A stretch of DNA of 60,369 bases, from the NCBI GenBank assembly GCA_043821645.1, contig JBDRCO010000106.1, forward strand, positions 1-60,369, in the 5' to 3' direction. The position numbers were made by a program, and so were the translations under genes. Origin of the DNA: Pseudomonadota bacterium. GTDB lineage: Bacteria > Myxococcota > JACRCW01 > JAFGSX01. Under the pieces are notes generated by a model that searched no databases, had not been told where the DNA came from, and worked only from the letters and a program-made list of their open reading frames with translations. This document shows, in pieces, positions 19,136-28,366 of the stretch; the first letter of the stretch is position 1; every line of letters begins with the position of its first letter.

Positions 19136-20626
19136 ATGCTCGAGAACGTGGATCTCGGGGTCAAGCTCACCAAGGCCGACTACAAGAAGGCCATGGCCAA
19201 GCTGGAGCTGGAGCTGGGCGAACTGCAGCGCACGGCCCGCGAGGTGGGCCTGCCGGTGCTGGTGGTGTTCGAGGGCTGGGAGGCCGCGGGCAAGGGCACG
19301 CTGATCAACAAGCTCATCCACGCCATGGATCCCCGCGGCTACACCGTGCAGCTGGTCGGGCCTCCCACCGAGGACGAGCGCCTGCGCCCCTACCTGTGGC
19401 GCTTTTGGAACCGCACGCCCGAGGGCGGCCGCATCACCCTGTTCGACCGCAGCTGGTACCGGCGGGTGCTCATCGAGCGCGTGGATCGCATGGTCTCCCG
19501 CACCCAGTGGGCCCGGGCCTACCAGGACATCAACGCCTTCGAGCGCCAGCTCACCGACGGCGGCGCGGTGCTGGTCAAGTTCCTGCTGCACATCGACAAG
19601 GACGAGCAGCGCAAGCGCCTGAAGAAGCTCGACGAGGACAAGGCCACCTCGTGGCGCGTGACCAAGGACGACTGGCGCCACCACAAGCTCTACGAGCGCC
19701 ACCTGGCTGCCTTCGAAGAGATGCTGGAGCGCACGGACACGGCCCTGGCGCCGTGGAGCGTGATCGCCTCGCACGATCAGCGCCACGCTGCGGTGCGCGC
19801 CTTTCAGGTGCTCACCGAGGCCATCCGTCGCGGGGTCAAGGCGGCCAAGGCACCCAAGCCCAAAGCCAAGCCCGCGATCCGCCGCAAGCCGACCGCGTCG
19901 AAGGCGGGTCACACGGTCACCCTGGATCGGGTGGACCTGTCGGCGGACATCGAGTCCGAGCGCTACCAGCGCGAGCTGAAGAAGACCCAGAAGAAGCTGG
20001 GCGAACTGGGCTTTCGCATCTACAGCGCGCGCCTGCCCGTGGTCGTGGCCTACGAGGGCTGGGACGCGGCGGGCAAGGGCGGCAACATCCGACGCGTGAC
20101 CGAGCCCATGGACCCGCGCGCCTACGACGTGATCCCGGTCGCCGCACCCAATGACATCGAGAAGCGACACCACTACCTGTGGCGCTTCTGGCAGCACATG
20201 CCCAAGGACGGGCACATCGCCATCTTCGACCGCAGCTGGTACGGCCGGGTGCTGGTGGAGCGGGTCGAGGGCTTCTGCCGCGAGCAGGAGTGGCGACGGG
20301 CCTACCGCGAGATCAACGAGATGGAAGAGCACATGGCCGCCCACGGTGCGGTCATCGCCAAGTTCTGGCTCCACATCTCGCCCGAGGAACAGCTGCGGCG
20401 CTTCAAGGAGCGGCAGCGCCTGGCGCACAAGAAGTGGAAGATCACCGACGAGGACTGGCGCAACCGCGACAAGTGGGATCTGTACCGCGAGGCGGTCGAG
20501 GAGATGTTGCTGCGCACGAGCACCACCTACGCGCCCTGGACCATCGTCGAGGCCGACAGCAAGCGCCACGCCCGCATCAAGGTCATGCAGACCCTGGTCC
20601 AGGCCATCGAGGCACGACTGAAGTGA
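19136..20626 (+). CDS. pap: Polyphosphate:AMP phosphotransferase (two-domain class II PPK2)
   Basis: Two PPK2 domains with Walker A EGWEAAGKG and EGWDAAGKG, and DRSWY twice. AGGAGAGG RBS. Confidence 0.92.
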   Translation: MLENVDLGVKLTKADYKKAMAKLELELGELQRTAREVGLPVLVVFEGWEAAGKGTLINKLIHAMDPRGYTVQLVGPPTEDERLRPYLWRFWNRTPEGGRITLFDRSWYRRVLIERVDRMVSRTQWARAYQDINAFERQLTDGGAVLVKFLLHIDKDEQRKRLKKLDEDKATSWRVTKDDWRHHKLYERHLAAFEEMLERTDTALAPWSVIASHDQRHAAVRAFQVLTEAIRRGVKAAKAPKPKAKPAIRRKPTASKAGHTVTLDRVDLSADIESERYQRELKKTQKKLGELGFRIYSARLPVVVAYEGWDAAGKGGNIRRVTEPMDPRAYDVIPVAAPNDIEKRHHYLWRFWQHMPKDGHIAIFDRSWYGRVLVERVEGFCREQEWRRAYREINEMEEHMAAHGAVIAKFWLHISPEEQLRRFKERQRLAHKKWKITDEDWRNRDKWDLYREAVEEMLLRTSTTYAPWTIVEADSKRHARIKVMQTLVQAIEARLK

Positions 20627-20699
20627 CCTGAGGCCGGGCCGCGATCCGGCAGCGGTGAAACCCGCCACCCGACGCCGTTGCGTCAGGTCCTTGCGATTC

Positions 20700-21320
20700 T
20701 CAGGCGAACAGGATGACCAGCGTCGGCAGCAGGATGCCGGCGACCAGGAACATGCCGCCGCGCCCGCGCAGGCCCTTGCGGCCCTTGACGATGAGCACGC
20801 CAGACAGCGCCATGAACAGCAGCACCAGGGCGTAGCCGTCCCCCACCCAGGTCCACAGCCAGCGCTTCTCGTTGAGGTGCAGCATGTTGAACTGGCGGAT
20901 CAGCGGCCGCGGTGTGCGCTGCGTCCACTCGGCCACGCCCGTCGACGGGATGTAGTCGACCACATCGAGCTCGCCCTCGGCATAGAACAGGCTCAGGCGG
21001 TCAGGATTGCGCCAGAACACCTTGCGCGGTGGCTGCGGGCGCTCGAGGGCACGACCGATGGCCTGCACCAGGTCGGCCTGTCGTTCCCGGGCCAGGCTGC
21101 GCTGTGCCGTCGCCGGGTCCGGGCCCGCGGTGTCACCCCACTCGCCCAGGAGCGCCGCCGGATCCCCCAGCGGGAGCGCGCGGACCTCGACGCTGTGGTT
21201 GTAGTCCCAGTGCGCGCGGTGATTGGTGGCGATGCCGCTGACCGCATACACCACGGTGAGCCCGAACACGAAGTAGCCCAGGTCGCGGTGCAGGATGATG
21301 AGGGGACGTCGCCAGGTCAC
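20700..21320 (-). CDS. PepSY-associated TM helix domain membrane protein
   Basis: N-terminal LHRDLGYF..YAVSGI..NH, then FNMLHLN..W and C-terminal TM helices. Confidence 0.75.
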   Translation of the reverse strand: MTWRRPLIILHRDLGYFVFGLTVVYAVSGIATNHRAHWDYNHSVEVRALPLGDPAALLGEWGDTAGPDPATAQRSLARERQADLVQAIGRALERPQPPRKVFWRNPDRLSLFYAEGELDVVDYIPSTGVAEWTQRTPRPLIRQFNMLHLNEKRWLWTWVGDGYALVLLFMALSGVLIVKGRKGLRGRGGMFLVAGILLPTLVILFA

Positions 21321-21328
21321 CCGTGGAC

Positions 21329-21958
21329 TCAGATGAAGTCCGCGCCCGAGGCCCGGACCACCACTTGCTTGATATTGGCGGTGATGGCCTCGGGATCGCC
21401 CAGCTTGTGCTCGCCGGCAATGTGCTTGGCGTGCTCGGCCGCGACCTCGATGACCTCGACCACACCCTCGGCGTCGGCGGTCTTGCCGATGGATCCCGGA
21501 GGCACCAGGAAGGCCGGGGCGGTCATCACCCGCACGAAGCGGCCGCTCTGGTCGTCAGCGACCACCGCGAACCAGCCTCGCCTGTGATGGCACATGGCCG
21601 AGATGTTGCCCTTGATGCGCACCTTCTTGCCGGCAAAGTCGTCGGGCTTGGCCAGCAGCTCGCTGACGCTGACCACGGCGCCATCGGCAAAGTCTGCGCC
21701 GGCGTGGGTGATGGTCTCGCCCTTCTCGTTCTGCCGGGTGACCACCTTGTCATCGCTGAGCTCGGTGGTGCCCTCGGCGCAGTCGTGCTCGACCTTGGGT
21801 GTCGCGTGTGCGGCCACGGGCATGGCCTCGTCGGCCTTCACCGCCGCCTGCTGCTGCCCCGGCTCCTGGGCCGAGGGAACGACCTCGCCCTGCTGCTGGG
21901 GCGGGCAGGCCAGGAGGAGCAGGGTCGCGGGGAGCGTCGAAAACAGGATTCGCTTCAT
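21329..21958 (-). CDS. DUF4920-like OB-fold lipoprotein
   Basis: Lipobox LLAC. GKKVRIKGNISAMCHHRRGW and AEHAKHIAGE resemble DUF4920. Confidence 0.6.
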   Translation of the reverse strand: MKRILFSTLPATLLLLACPPQQQGEVVPSAQEPGQQQAAVKADEAMPVAAHATPKVEHDCAEGTTELSDDKVVTRQNEKGETITHAGADFADGAVVSVSELLAKPDDFAGKKVRIKGNISAMCHHRRGWFAVVADDQSGRFVRVMTAPAFLVPPGSIGKTADAEGVVEVIEVAAEHAKHIAGEHKLGDPEAITANIKQVVVRASGADFI

Positions 21959-22184
21959 GACACATTCCTCCCGTCACCATGACGGTGCTGGATGCCTAAC
22001 AAAACCGGTGGCGTTAGCCAATCGAGAGCGGCATGCCAGGACACCTTTCGGGACGGCCTGGGTGATCGCACCCTTGGTATGACCGCGCCTGACACACTGC
22101 GGCGAGTTCGCAGCCCCCCACCCTCCGAAATCGCTGCCGACCAGATATGATGAATGAGCGATTGCCACTTGGGCCGGAGTACAC

Positions 22185-23693
22185 ATGGGGAACAACACCA
22201 TCCAGGGACCGCGAATCAACCAGACCACCGGTGCCGTGGAGATGAAGAAGCCAGGCAATGGAGCAGCCCCGGATGGACCGGGTGAGCTGTACCAGGTGCA
22301 GTCCGGAGACTCGCTGTACAAGATCGCCCAGAACAAACTGGGTGACGGCGAGCGCTGGCGCGACATCGCACAGCTCAACCCACAGCTTCAGGACCCCAAC
22401 AAGATCTTCCCGGGGGACGCGCTGCGACTGCCCGAGCTTCGCACCGCCCCTCTGGGCGAGCAGGTCGTGCAGCAGCGGACGGGTATGGCGGACCAGCAGG
22501 CTGTCGTCGAGAATTTTGCCCAGCACAAGGGCCCCAGCGCTGAGCTGCCCAGGAAGAGTGGCGTGCTCAACCTGCTGAGCAAGAAGGAGCCGTCGCTCGA
22601 GCAGAAACCGGACCAGGAGAGCAAGGCCCAGCTCGACCAGAAATCCGGGCCGGGCCCACAGGTCGAGCAGCGCATCGAGAAGCACCCCGAGATCGCGCAG
22701 CAGAACGAGGTGGTGCAGAAGGTCGAGCAGCGACTCGAGCAGCGCACCGAGGTCGAGCAGCGCATCGAGAAGAAGCCCCAGATCGAGCAGAAGATAGACC
22801 TGGATCAAAGGAAGGTGCCCGACGAGCCGCCGGACCGGCGCATCGACGCGCCGGACGACCCCGAGTGGGACTACGACCTCGACGACCCCGAGGACCCGGA
22901 CGGCCCTAGCGAGGTCGACATCCCGGACCGCCCGGATGTTCCGGAGGTTCCCGATCGTCCGCACGTGCCAGAAACCCCGGACCTGCCGCACCAGCCGGAA
23001 CCACCAGAAGACATACCGCACTGGCCGGTGGAGACGCCGGGCGATGTCGACGAGCCCGAGCCGCCGGTGTGGACCTGGCCCGGTGGCGGGGAGCCCCCGT
23101 TCGAGCCGCCGGTCCGACCGGAGCCCCCGGTACACACGACTCCGGAGAACCCGCCGGGGCGCGTGCCGAACCGCCCTGTGGATCCGCACCCACCCGTCGT
23201 CGTGCAACCCGAGGACCCGCCAGGACACGTGCCGAACTGGCCTACGGATCCCTACCCGCCCGTCGTCACCACACCGCCAGTGGTCACAAGACCCGTGGAC
23301 CCTTCACCAGGCCGAGTGCCGCGGCGCCAGCCTGATCCCACGCCGCCCGTCGTCACGCGGCCCGTGGATCCCTCACCAGGCCGTGTCCCCAGGCGCCAGC
23401 CTGACCCCACACCTCCTGTGGTCACGCGCCCGGTGGACCCCTCGCCAGGCCGCGTACCGCGGCGCCAGCCTGACCCCACACCCCCTGTGGTCACGCGCCC
23501 GGTGGACCCCTCGCCAGGTCGTGTGCCCCGTCGCCAGCCCGACCCCACGCCGCCGGTGGTGAACAGGCCTGCCACCCCGAATCGGGTGCCCAGGCAGCCC
23601 AACGTGGTGCAGCCGAATCGGTCACCGACCACGGGCAACGGAACCAATCCCCCCTTGAACGTGCCACCTCGTCGCTTCCCGACAGACGGTTGA
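22185..23693 (+). CDS. LysM-domain protein with Gln/Glu-rich and Pro-rich repeat tail; no signal peptide
   Basis: LysM YQVQSGDSLYKIAQ..WRDIAQLN..IFPGDALRLP, followed by low-complexity repeats. GGAG RBS. Confidence 0.8.
   Translation: MGNNTIQGPRINQTTGAVEMKKPGNGAAPDGPGELYQVQSGDSLYKIAQNKLGDGERWRDIAQLNPQLQDPNKIFPGDALRLPELRTAPLGEQVVQQRTGMADQQAVVENFAQHKGPSAELPRKSGVLNLLSKKEPSLEQKPDQESKAQLDQKSGPGPQVEQRIEKHPEIAQQNEVVQKVEQRLEQRTEVEQRIEKKPQIEQKIDLDQRKVPDEPPDRRIDAPDDPEWDYDLDDPEDPDGPSEVDIPDRPDVPEVPDRPHVPETPDLPHQPEPPEDIPHWPVETPGDVDEPEPPVWTWPGGGEPPFEPPVRPEPPVHTTPENPPGRVPNRPVDPHPPVVVQPEDPPGHVPNWPTDPYPPVVTTPPVVTRPVDPSPGRVPRRQPDPTPPVVTRPVDPSPGRVPRRQPDPTPPVVTRPVDPSPGRVPRRQPDPTPPVVTRPVDPSPGRVPRRQPDPTPPVVNRPATPNRVPRQPNVVQPNRSPTTGNGTNPPLNVPPRRFPTDG
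23274..23549 (+). repeat. Coding tandem repeat, 4 x 69 bp (PPVVTRPVDPSPGRVPRRQPDPT)
   Basis: Four amino-acid-identical 23-aa units with synonymous codon differences. Confidence 0.9.
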
Positions 23694-23786
23694 TCGCGCT
23701 CCAGGGCCTCCTCCATCCCTCTGCCCGGGCGACTGGCGTTGACCCGCCCCGGCGTGCATGAAAACAATCCGCATCGCGGAGGTCAT

Positions 23787-24098
23787 ATGGCCAGGGACAG
23801 CGGCAGCACAGGGCGCAATAGCAGCCTCAAGCAAAAGAGCGTGGAGGTCGGCATGAAGGTCGTGGGCAAGGTCCTGCAGGACCCTGACCGCGCCCGCTCC
23901 ATGATCGAGATGGTGGGCAAGGTGCAGCGCTCGAAGGAGGCCTTCGACGACGCCACGCACCGCCTGCGCAACGTCGGCCACCTGCCCAGCCGCGAGGACC
24001 TGGCGCGCATCGGTCGCCACGTGGGCGCCCTGCGCCGCGAGGTGCGCCGGCTCAAGTCGCGCATGAGCGCCATTCGCACCAAGCTGGAGCGAGCCTGA
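23787..24098 (+). CDS. Small helical protein, phasin/PhaE-C-terminal-like
   Basis: GGAGGT RBS; LPSREDL motif followed by a coiled coil. Confidence 0.5.
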   Translation: MARDSGSTGRNSSLKQKSVEVGMKVVGKVLQDPDRARSMIEMVGKVQRSKEAFDDATHRLRNVGHLPSREDLARIGRHVGALRREVRRLKSRMSAIRTKLERA

Positions 24099-24100
24099 GC

Positions 24101-24958
24101 GTGCGACGCGACGACGATCCCTCGACCTCCTCGCCCCGCCCTGCCATGCCCGATGCGCCTGCTGTCGATGACCAGGGGCGCCGCATCGCCAGCGAGCTCG
24201 CAACACTGCACGCCATCATGAAGCGTCTGCGCTCGGATACCGGTTGCCCCTGGGACCGCGCGCAGTCCCTGGCCTCGCTGCGGCCCTACCTGATCGAGGA
24301 GACCTACGAGCTGCTCGAGGCCATCGACAGCGGCGACCTCGAGCACCACCGCGAGGAGCTGGGCGACCTGCTGTTTCAGGCCTTCTTTCAGGCGCAGATC
24401 CGCGACGAGGAGGGCGCCTTTGACCTGGGCGACGCAGCGCGCGCCATCGCCACCAAGCTGCTCAGGCGCCACCCGCATGTGTTCGGCGACGGCGACAAGA
24501 AGGACAGCCCCGAGGCCGTGCGGGTGAGCTGGGAGCAGATCAAGCGCGACGAGAAGAAGGGTCGCCGCACGCTGGATGGAGTGCCCGAGACACTGCCCTC
24601 GCTGCTGCGCGCGGTGCGCACGGGTGAGAAGGCGGCCAGTGTGGGCTTCGACTGGCCCGATGCGCCGGCGGTGCGCGAGAAGATCCACGAGGAGCTGGCC
24701 GAGCTCGACGAGGCCCTGGCCGCCGGCGATCCGACTCACGCCGAGGCCGAGCTGGGCGACCTCCTGTTCGCGGTCTGCCAGTACGCACGACACCTGCGGC
24801 TCAGCCCGGAGGACGCGCTGCGCGGCTGCGTGAACCGTTTCCGCCAGCGCTTCGCACTGGTCGAGGACAAGGCGACGCAGCGCGGGCTGGTGCTGACCGA
24901 GATGAACATCGACGGGCTCGAGGAGCTGTGGCAGCAGGCGAAGCGCGACCTGGCGTGA
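24101..24958 (+). CDS. mazG: Nucleoside triphosphate pyrophosphohydrolase MazG
   Basis: GCPWD, EETYE, EELGDLL, RRHPHVF, GFDW and ELGDLLF; tandem MazG domains. Confidence 0.93.
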   Translation: MRRDDDPSTSSPRPAMPDAPAVDDQGRRIASELATLHAIMKRLRSDTGCPWDRAQSLASLRPYLIEETYELLEAIDSGDLEHHREELGDLLFQAFFQAQIRDEEGAFDLGDAARAIATKLLRRHPHVFGDGDKKDSPEAVRVSWEQIKRDEKKGRRTLDGVPETLPSLLRAVRTGEKAASVGFDWPDAPAVREKIHEELAELDEALAAGDPTHAEAELGDLLFAVCQYARHLRLSPEDALRGCVNRFRQRFALVEDKATQRGLVLTEMNIDGLEELWQQAKRDLA

Positions 24959-24967
24959 GCGAGGTGC

Positions 24968-26146
24968 TCACCAGCTCTCGGGTGTTCGCACGCAGTCGTA
25001 GGTCAGCGCGATGGGCGGGTCGGTCGCCACCACCTCGAAGTCCGTCGGTTCAATGCCCACCAGGTCGTGCGAGCCGAGCAAGCTGTCCCACTTGGCGGTG
25101 GTGAAGGTATCCGCCTGCGCGGTGAGCGCCACGTTGCCGCCGTCGGCCAGCAGCATGCCGTACTTCTTGAGTGCGCGCGCCACCACCTGGGCGCCGGCCG
25201 AGTAGCCGCTGACATCGAAGTCGCTCTTGAGCCGCCAGCGCGTGCCGTAGGTCGGCGCATCGGCCGAGCTGGCGGACGGACCTCCCGCGTGTGTGGCCGG
25301 GTGCACGTACCAGTCCGCGCGCATGCGCGCGTTGGGCAGGATGAAGCGGATGGCGTGCGCGATCTCGCCGGCCGCCACCTCGTCGGCGGTGAACAGCAGG
25401 GGCGCGATGGGAAAGCCGGCGGCATCGGCGCTGGTGCACTGCTCGCCACGTCCCTCGGCGGGATACACGCGTGTCATGTCCCACACGGCCTCGCAGGTCC
25501 CACTCAGCACGCCACCCGTGTAGTCGGCCTGCCACATCTCGTACAGGCGGTTGACCCGCCTGTCGGCCACGATCAGGTGGCAGTCGCCGGCGCTGGCGCA
25601 GGAGTAACCGGTCTCGCCTTCAAGGCGGCCACCGGCTGGGATGGGAAAGTCCAGGGTGTCGCAATCCGGCAACCAGTCCGGATCGTAGTCGAGCGTCACG
25701 TAGGGCGTGCTGGACTCGGCCTCGAGCACCTCGATCGAGAAGTCGATCTGGAAGCGGCTAAAACCCCAGCCTCCGTTGTCGGCCAGCCACCTGGTGATGG
25801 CCGAGGAGTTGGGATCGAGCGCGGCCTGCGAGACGTCCTGGTACATGAAGGACGTGGACGGAAAGTACTGGCCACCCGGTTGGGCGGCGTCGGCGATCGT
25901 CCCGCCATCCACCTGCATCGAGCCATCGGCACCGACAGCGCCATCCGGTCTCGTCGCGCCATCTGCAGTGACAGCGGCATCCGGTGTGCCGGTGGAGTCC
26001 GGGGAGCCGATGTCGCCAGCCGCGCTGTCGACGACGGCCGCGTCCTGACCCGAGGCGGCATCCACCGCCGAGGAATCGTCAGGACAGGCGGTGAGCGCCA
26101 GAACGCCGAGGACCATGGCCGGGCACAAGGAAATGGAGGTTCGCAT
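24968..26146 (-). CDS. Lipoprotein with Asp/Ala/Gly linker and an uncharacterised globular domain
   Basis: Lipobox LTAC and PDA-rich linker. Domain contains GDCHLIV, SADAAGFP, EIAHAIRF and YGMLLADGG. Confidence 0.7.
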   Translation of the reverse strand: MRTSISLCPAMVLGVLALTACPDDSSAVDAASGQDAAVVDSAAGDIGSPDSTGTPDAAVTADGATRPDGAVGADGSMQVDGGTIADAAQPGGQYFPSTSFMYQDVSQAALDPNSSAITRWLADNGGWGFSRFQIDFSIEVLEAESSTPYVTLDYDPDWLPDCDTLDFPIPAGGRLEGETGYSCASAGDCHLIVADRRVNRLYEMWQADYTGGVLSGTCEAVWDMTRVYPAEGRGEQCTSADAAGFPIAPLLFTADEVAAGEIAHAIRFILPNARMRADWYVHPATHAGGPSASSADAPTYGTRWRLKSDFDVSGYSAGAQVVARALKKYGMLLADGGNVALTAQADTFTTAKWDSLLGSHDLVGIEPTDFEVVATDPPIALTYDCVRTPESW

Positions 26147-26229
26147 CACAGCCCCCGCCTCTGCATACCTGCAGGCAGCCTCAAAGATAGCAGGCCCCGC
26201 TTTGCTGGCCACTGACGTATCCTCGACCC

Positions 26230-26955
26230 GTGCGCGCCCATATCCCCATGCTGCTGGTCCTGCTCGGTCTGACGCGCTGCGACTGCAGCTCCGGGCTCGC
26301 GGTACGGGACACGGGTCAGCTGGTCATGCTGGACACAGGGGGGCAAGGGGGCGATGCCTGCCCGGATGCAGGCGATGGCGACGCGCCCTCGCTGGACCAC
26401 AGTGCAGGAGACCTGTGGGACCTGGATCGCCGCAGGGACGTGGGCGTGGGCCCGGACCAAGGCAGCGTGGACAGCACGACGGGCGCGGACAGCTCGTCGG
26501 CGCTTGATGCGCCTCCAGTCGCTGATCAGCACGTGGACAGTTCGGACACGACGGACGCAACACCGGGCCTGGATGCGACGGAGGCTACAGATCTCCAGAA
26601 TCCCGACGCCAGCAGCTGCGCCTCGACCTGTGTTCCCGTCGCCAACGAGTGCCACGTCTGCGTCGACATCCTCATCGATAACTTCTGCAACACCTCGGTG
26701 GCACCCGCGGCGGTCGACGTACCCGTGGACACCACGCTCACCCTGACCTTCGTCAATCGCAGCGAGGACTACGCTGCGGACGTGTGGTCCTCGCGCGGCT
26801 ACGGCTTCATCGAGTTGCCCACCGGTGCCACCTGGGAGGATCCCATCTGGCATTGCACGGGACCCACGGTCTACACCGAGTACTTCGACGTCAGCATCTA
26901 CGGCGGCGGAACGTCATCCTGCCCGGCGCAGCGCTTCAACATGCACTGTCAGTGA
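26230..26955 (+). CDS. Hypothetical lipoprotein with Asp-rich linker and C-terminal beta-sandwich
   Basis: Hydrophobic leader ending LTRCDC, an acidic linker and a Cys-containing beta-rich C-terminus. Confidence 0.55.
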   Translation: MRAHIPMLLVLLGLTRCDCSSGLAVRDTGQLVMLDTGGQGGDACPDAGDGDAPSLDHSAGDLWDLDRRRDVGVGPDQGSVDSTTGADSSSALDAPPVADQHVDSSDTTDATPGLDATEATDLQNPDASSCASTCVPVANECHVCVDILIDNFCNTSVAPAAVDVPVDTTLTLTFVNRSEDYAADVWSSRGYGFIELPTGATWEDPIWHCTGPTVYTEYFDVSIYGGGTSSCPAQRFNMHCQ

Positions 26956-27025
26956 GCCGGAGGCCGGATTTCTGCGCTGGCGCCAGTTTGTGGGCTCTGC
27001 AGATAGATCTCTCGTGGAGGGCGCA

Positions 27026-28363
27026 ATGTCACCGCGACCGCTGCACAGGATCTCGTGCTTGCTGCTACTTGCTGCCGGGGCCTGCGACTGCGGTGGCCTG
27101 GTCGCTCCCTGGGGCGATGGCAGTGACGACGCGGGGGTCACCAGCGACGCAAGCGGCGATGGCGGCCGTGGTGCCGACGCCGGGGGTGACGCGGGATACT
27201 GCGGCGGCCTGCTTGCCCAGACCACCTTCACCTTCGGCCTGTGCGTGTGCGAGGACCTCAACATGGGCGCGGGCTTTTACACCGACGGCTACAGCGCCAG
27301 CTCAGGGGCTTACCAGCCCGGCCAGGAGAGCGGCAGCGTGGGCGTGCACGGAACCTTTCGCAACTACGGCGACAGCGACATCGGCGGCACTCTTTACTGC
27401 GGCGTGGACTCGCGCCCCATCGGCAACCACGACATCCGGGGCGAGCTGCGCGTGGGCGGCGAGGCCTTCACCGCCGGCGCTGACATCCACATCTTCAACG
27501 ACGCCTTCGTCGTCGGCGACATCACGGGCATTCGCTACGTCATCGACGGCACCTTGCACATCCCCGCGGCCAGCACCGTGGGCGCAGCCGTGGATGCGAC
27601 CCAGGTGGTGCGCGAGCCTGTGGTGGTGCAGACGCCCTGCCGCTGCCAGGGCGACAACCCCGTCGACATCACCGGCCGCATCGCCCAGGCCGCCCAGCAC
27701 AACGACAACGCCCGCATCGGCCTCACCAGCGACGCCCTCGTCGACGTCACCACCGAGACCGATCTCGACCTGCCGCCCGGGCAGTACTACCTGGACTCCG
27801 TGAGCGCGATCTGGCCGGTGCGGCTGCACCTGACTGGACCCACCGCCGTGTACATCGCGGGAGACCTGCACTCGACATCGGTCTTCGAAGCCGTGCTCGA
27901 GACAAGCGGCCCCAACCCGCAGCTCGACCTGTTCATCGGTGGCAACATCGCAGCCACCGGGCAATTCGAGCTGGGCACCCGCACCTTGCCCTCGCGGGTG
28001 CGCGCCTACGTCGCGGGCAGCGACGACATCGTGCTGCTCGGCGATCTGAACCTGGGCCTCAACCTGTACGCGCCCTACGCCCGGGTGCTGGCGGCCGGCC
28101 CGCTGGAGATCTGGGGCGCCCTGTACTGCCGCGCGCTGGTCGAGGCCGGTCTGGTCGAGGTGCACTACGACAGCGACGTGCTGGCCGCGGCCCAGACCTG
28201 CGATCCCACGGCGCCGGTGCACCTGCCCGAGCGCTGCGACAGTTGCCTCGACTGCGGCAACCAGGCCTGCCGCAACAACCAGTGCACGACCTGCACCGAC
28301 TCGACCCAGTGCTGCCCGCCGCTGATCTGCAACAGCGGGGTGTGCATGGCCATCGGCTACTAG
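27026..28363 (+). CDS. Cys-rich lipoprotein with putative beta-helix region
   Basis: GGAGG RBS; leader ending AGACDC; Gly/Val-rich repeats, LYAP motif and a C-terminal Cys cluster. Confidence 0.65.
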   Translation: MSPRPLHRISCLLLLAAGACDCGGLVAPWGDGSDDAGVTSDASGDGGRGADAGGDAGYCGGLLAQTTFTFGLCVCEDLNMGAGFYTDGYSASSGAYQPGQESGSVGVHGTFRNYGDSDIGGTLYCGVDSRPIGNHDIRGELRVGGEAFTAGADIHIFNDAFVVGDITGIRYVIDGTLHIPAASTVGAAVDATQVVREPVVVQTPCRCQGDNPVDITGRIAQAAQHNDNARIGLTSDALVDVTTETDLDLPPGQYYLDSVSAIWPVRLHLTGPTAVYIAGDLHSTSVFEAVLETSGPNPQLDLFIGGNIAATGQFELGTRTLPSRVRAYVAGSDDIVLLGDLNLGLNLYAPYARVLAAGPLEIWGALYCRALVEAGLVEVHYDSDVLAAAQTCDPTAPVHLPERCDSCLDCGNQACRNNQCTTCTDSTQCCPPLICNSGVCMAIGY

Positions 28364-28366
28364 CGC

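Noticed and set aside
18944-20668. 5' part of the 909-aa minus-strand ORF
   Set aside because: Antisense shadow of the PPK2 gene in high-GC DNA; only 17939-18943 (CHAD) looks genuinely coding.
22025-22042. CTGGCATGCCGCT on the minus strand, identical to the -24 region at 49090, upstream of the DUF4920-like gene
   Set aside because: The -12 element is missing (CTCTC instead of TTGC), so it may be chance.
23274-23549. Tandem repeats here and at 46779-46970 and 54129-55475 considered as CRISPR arrays
   Set aside because: Unit lengths are multiples of three and in frame, variation is largely synonymous, there are no unique spacers, and no cas genes are present.
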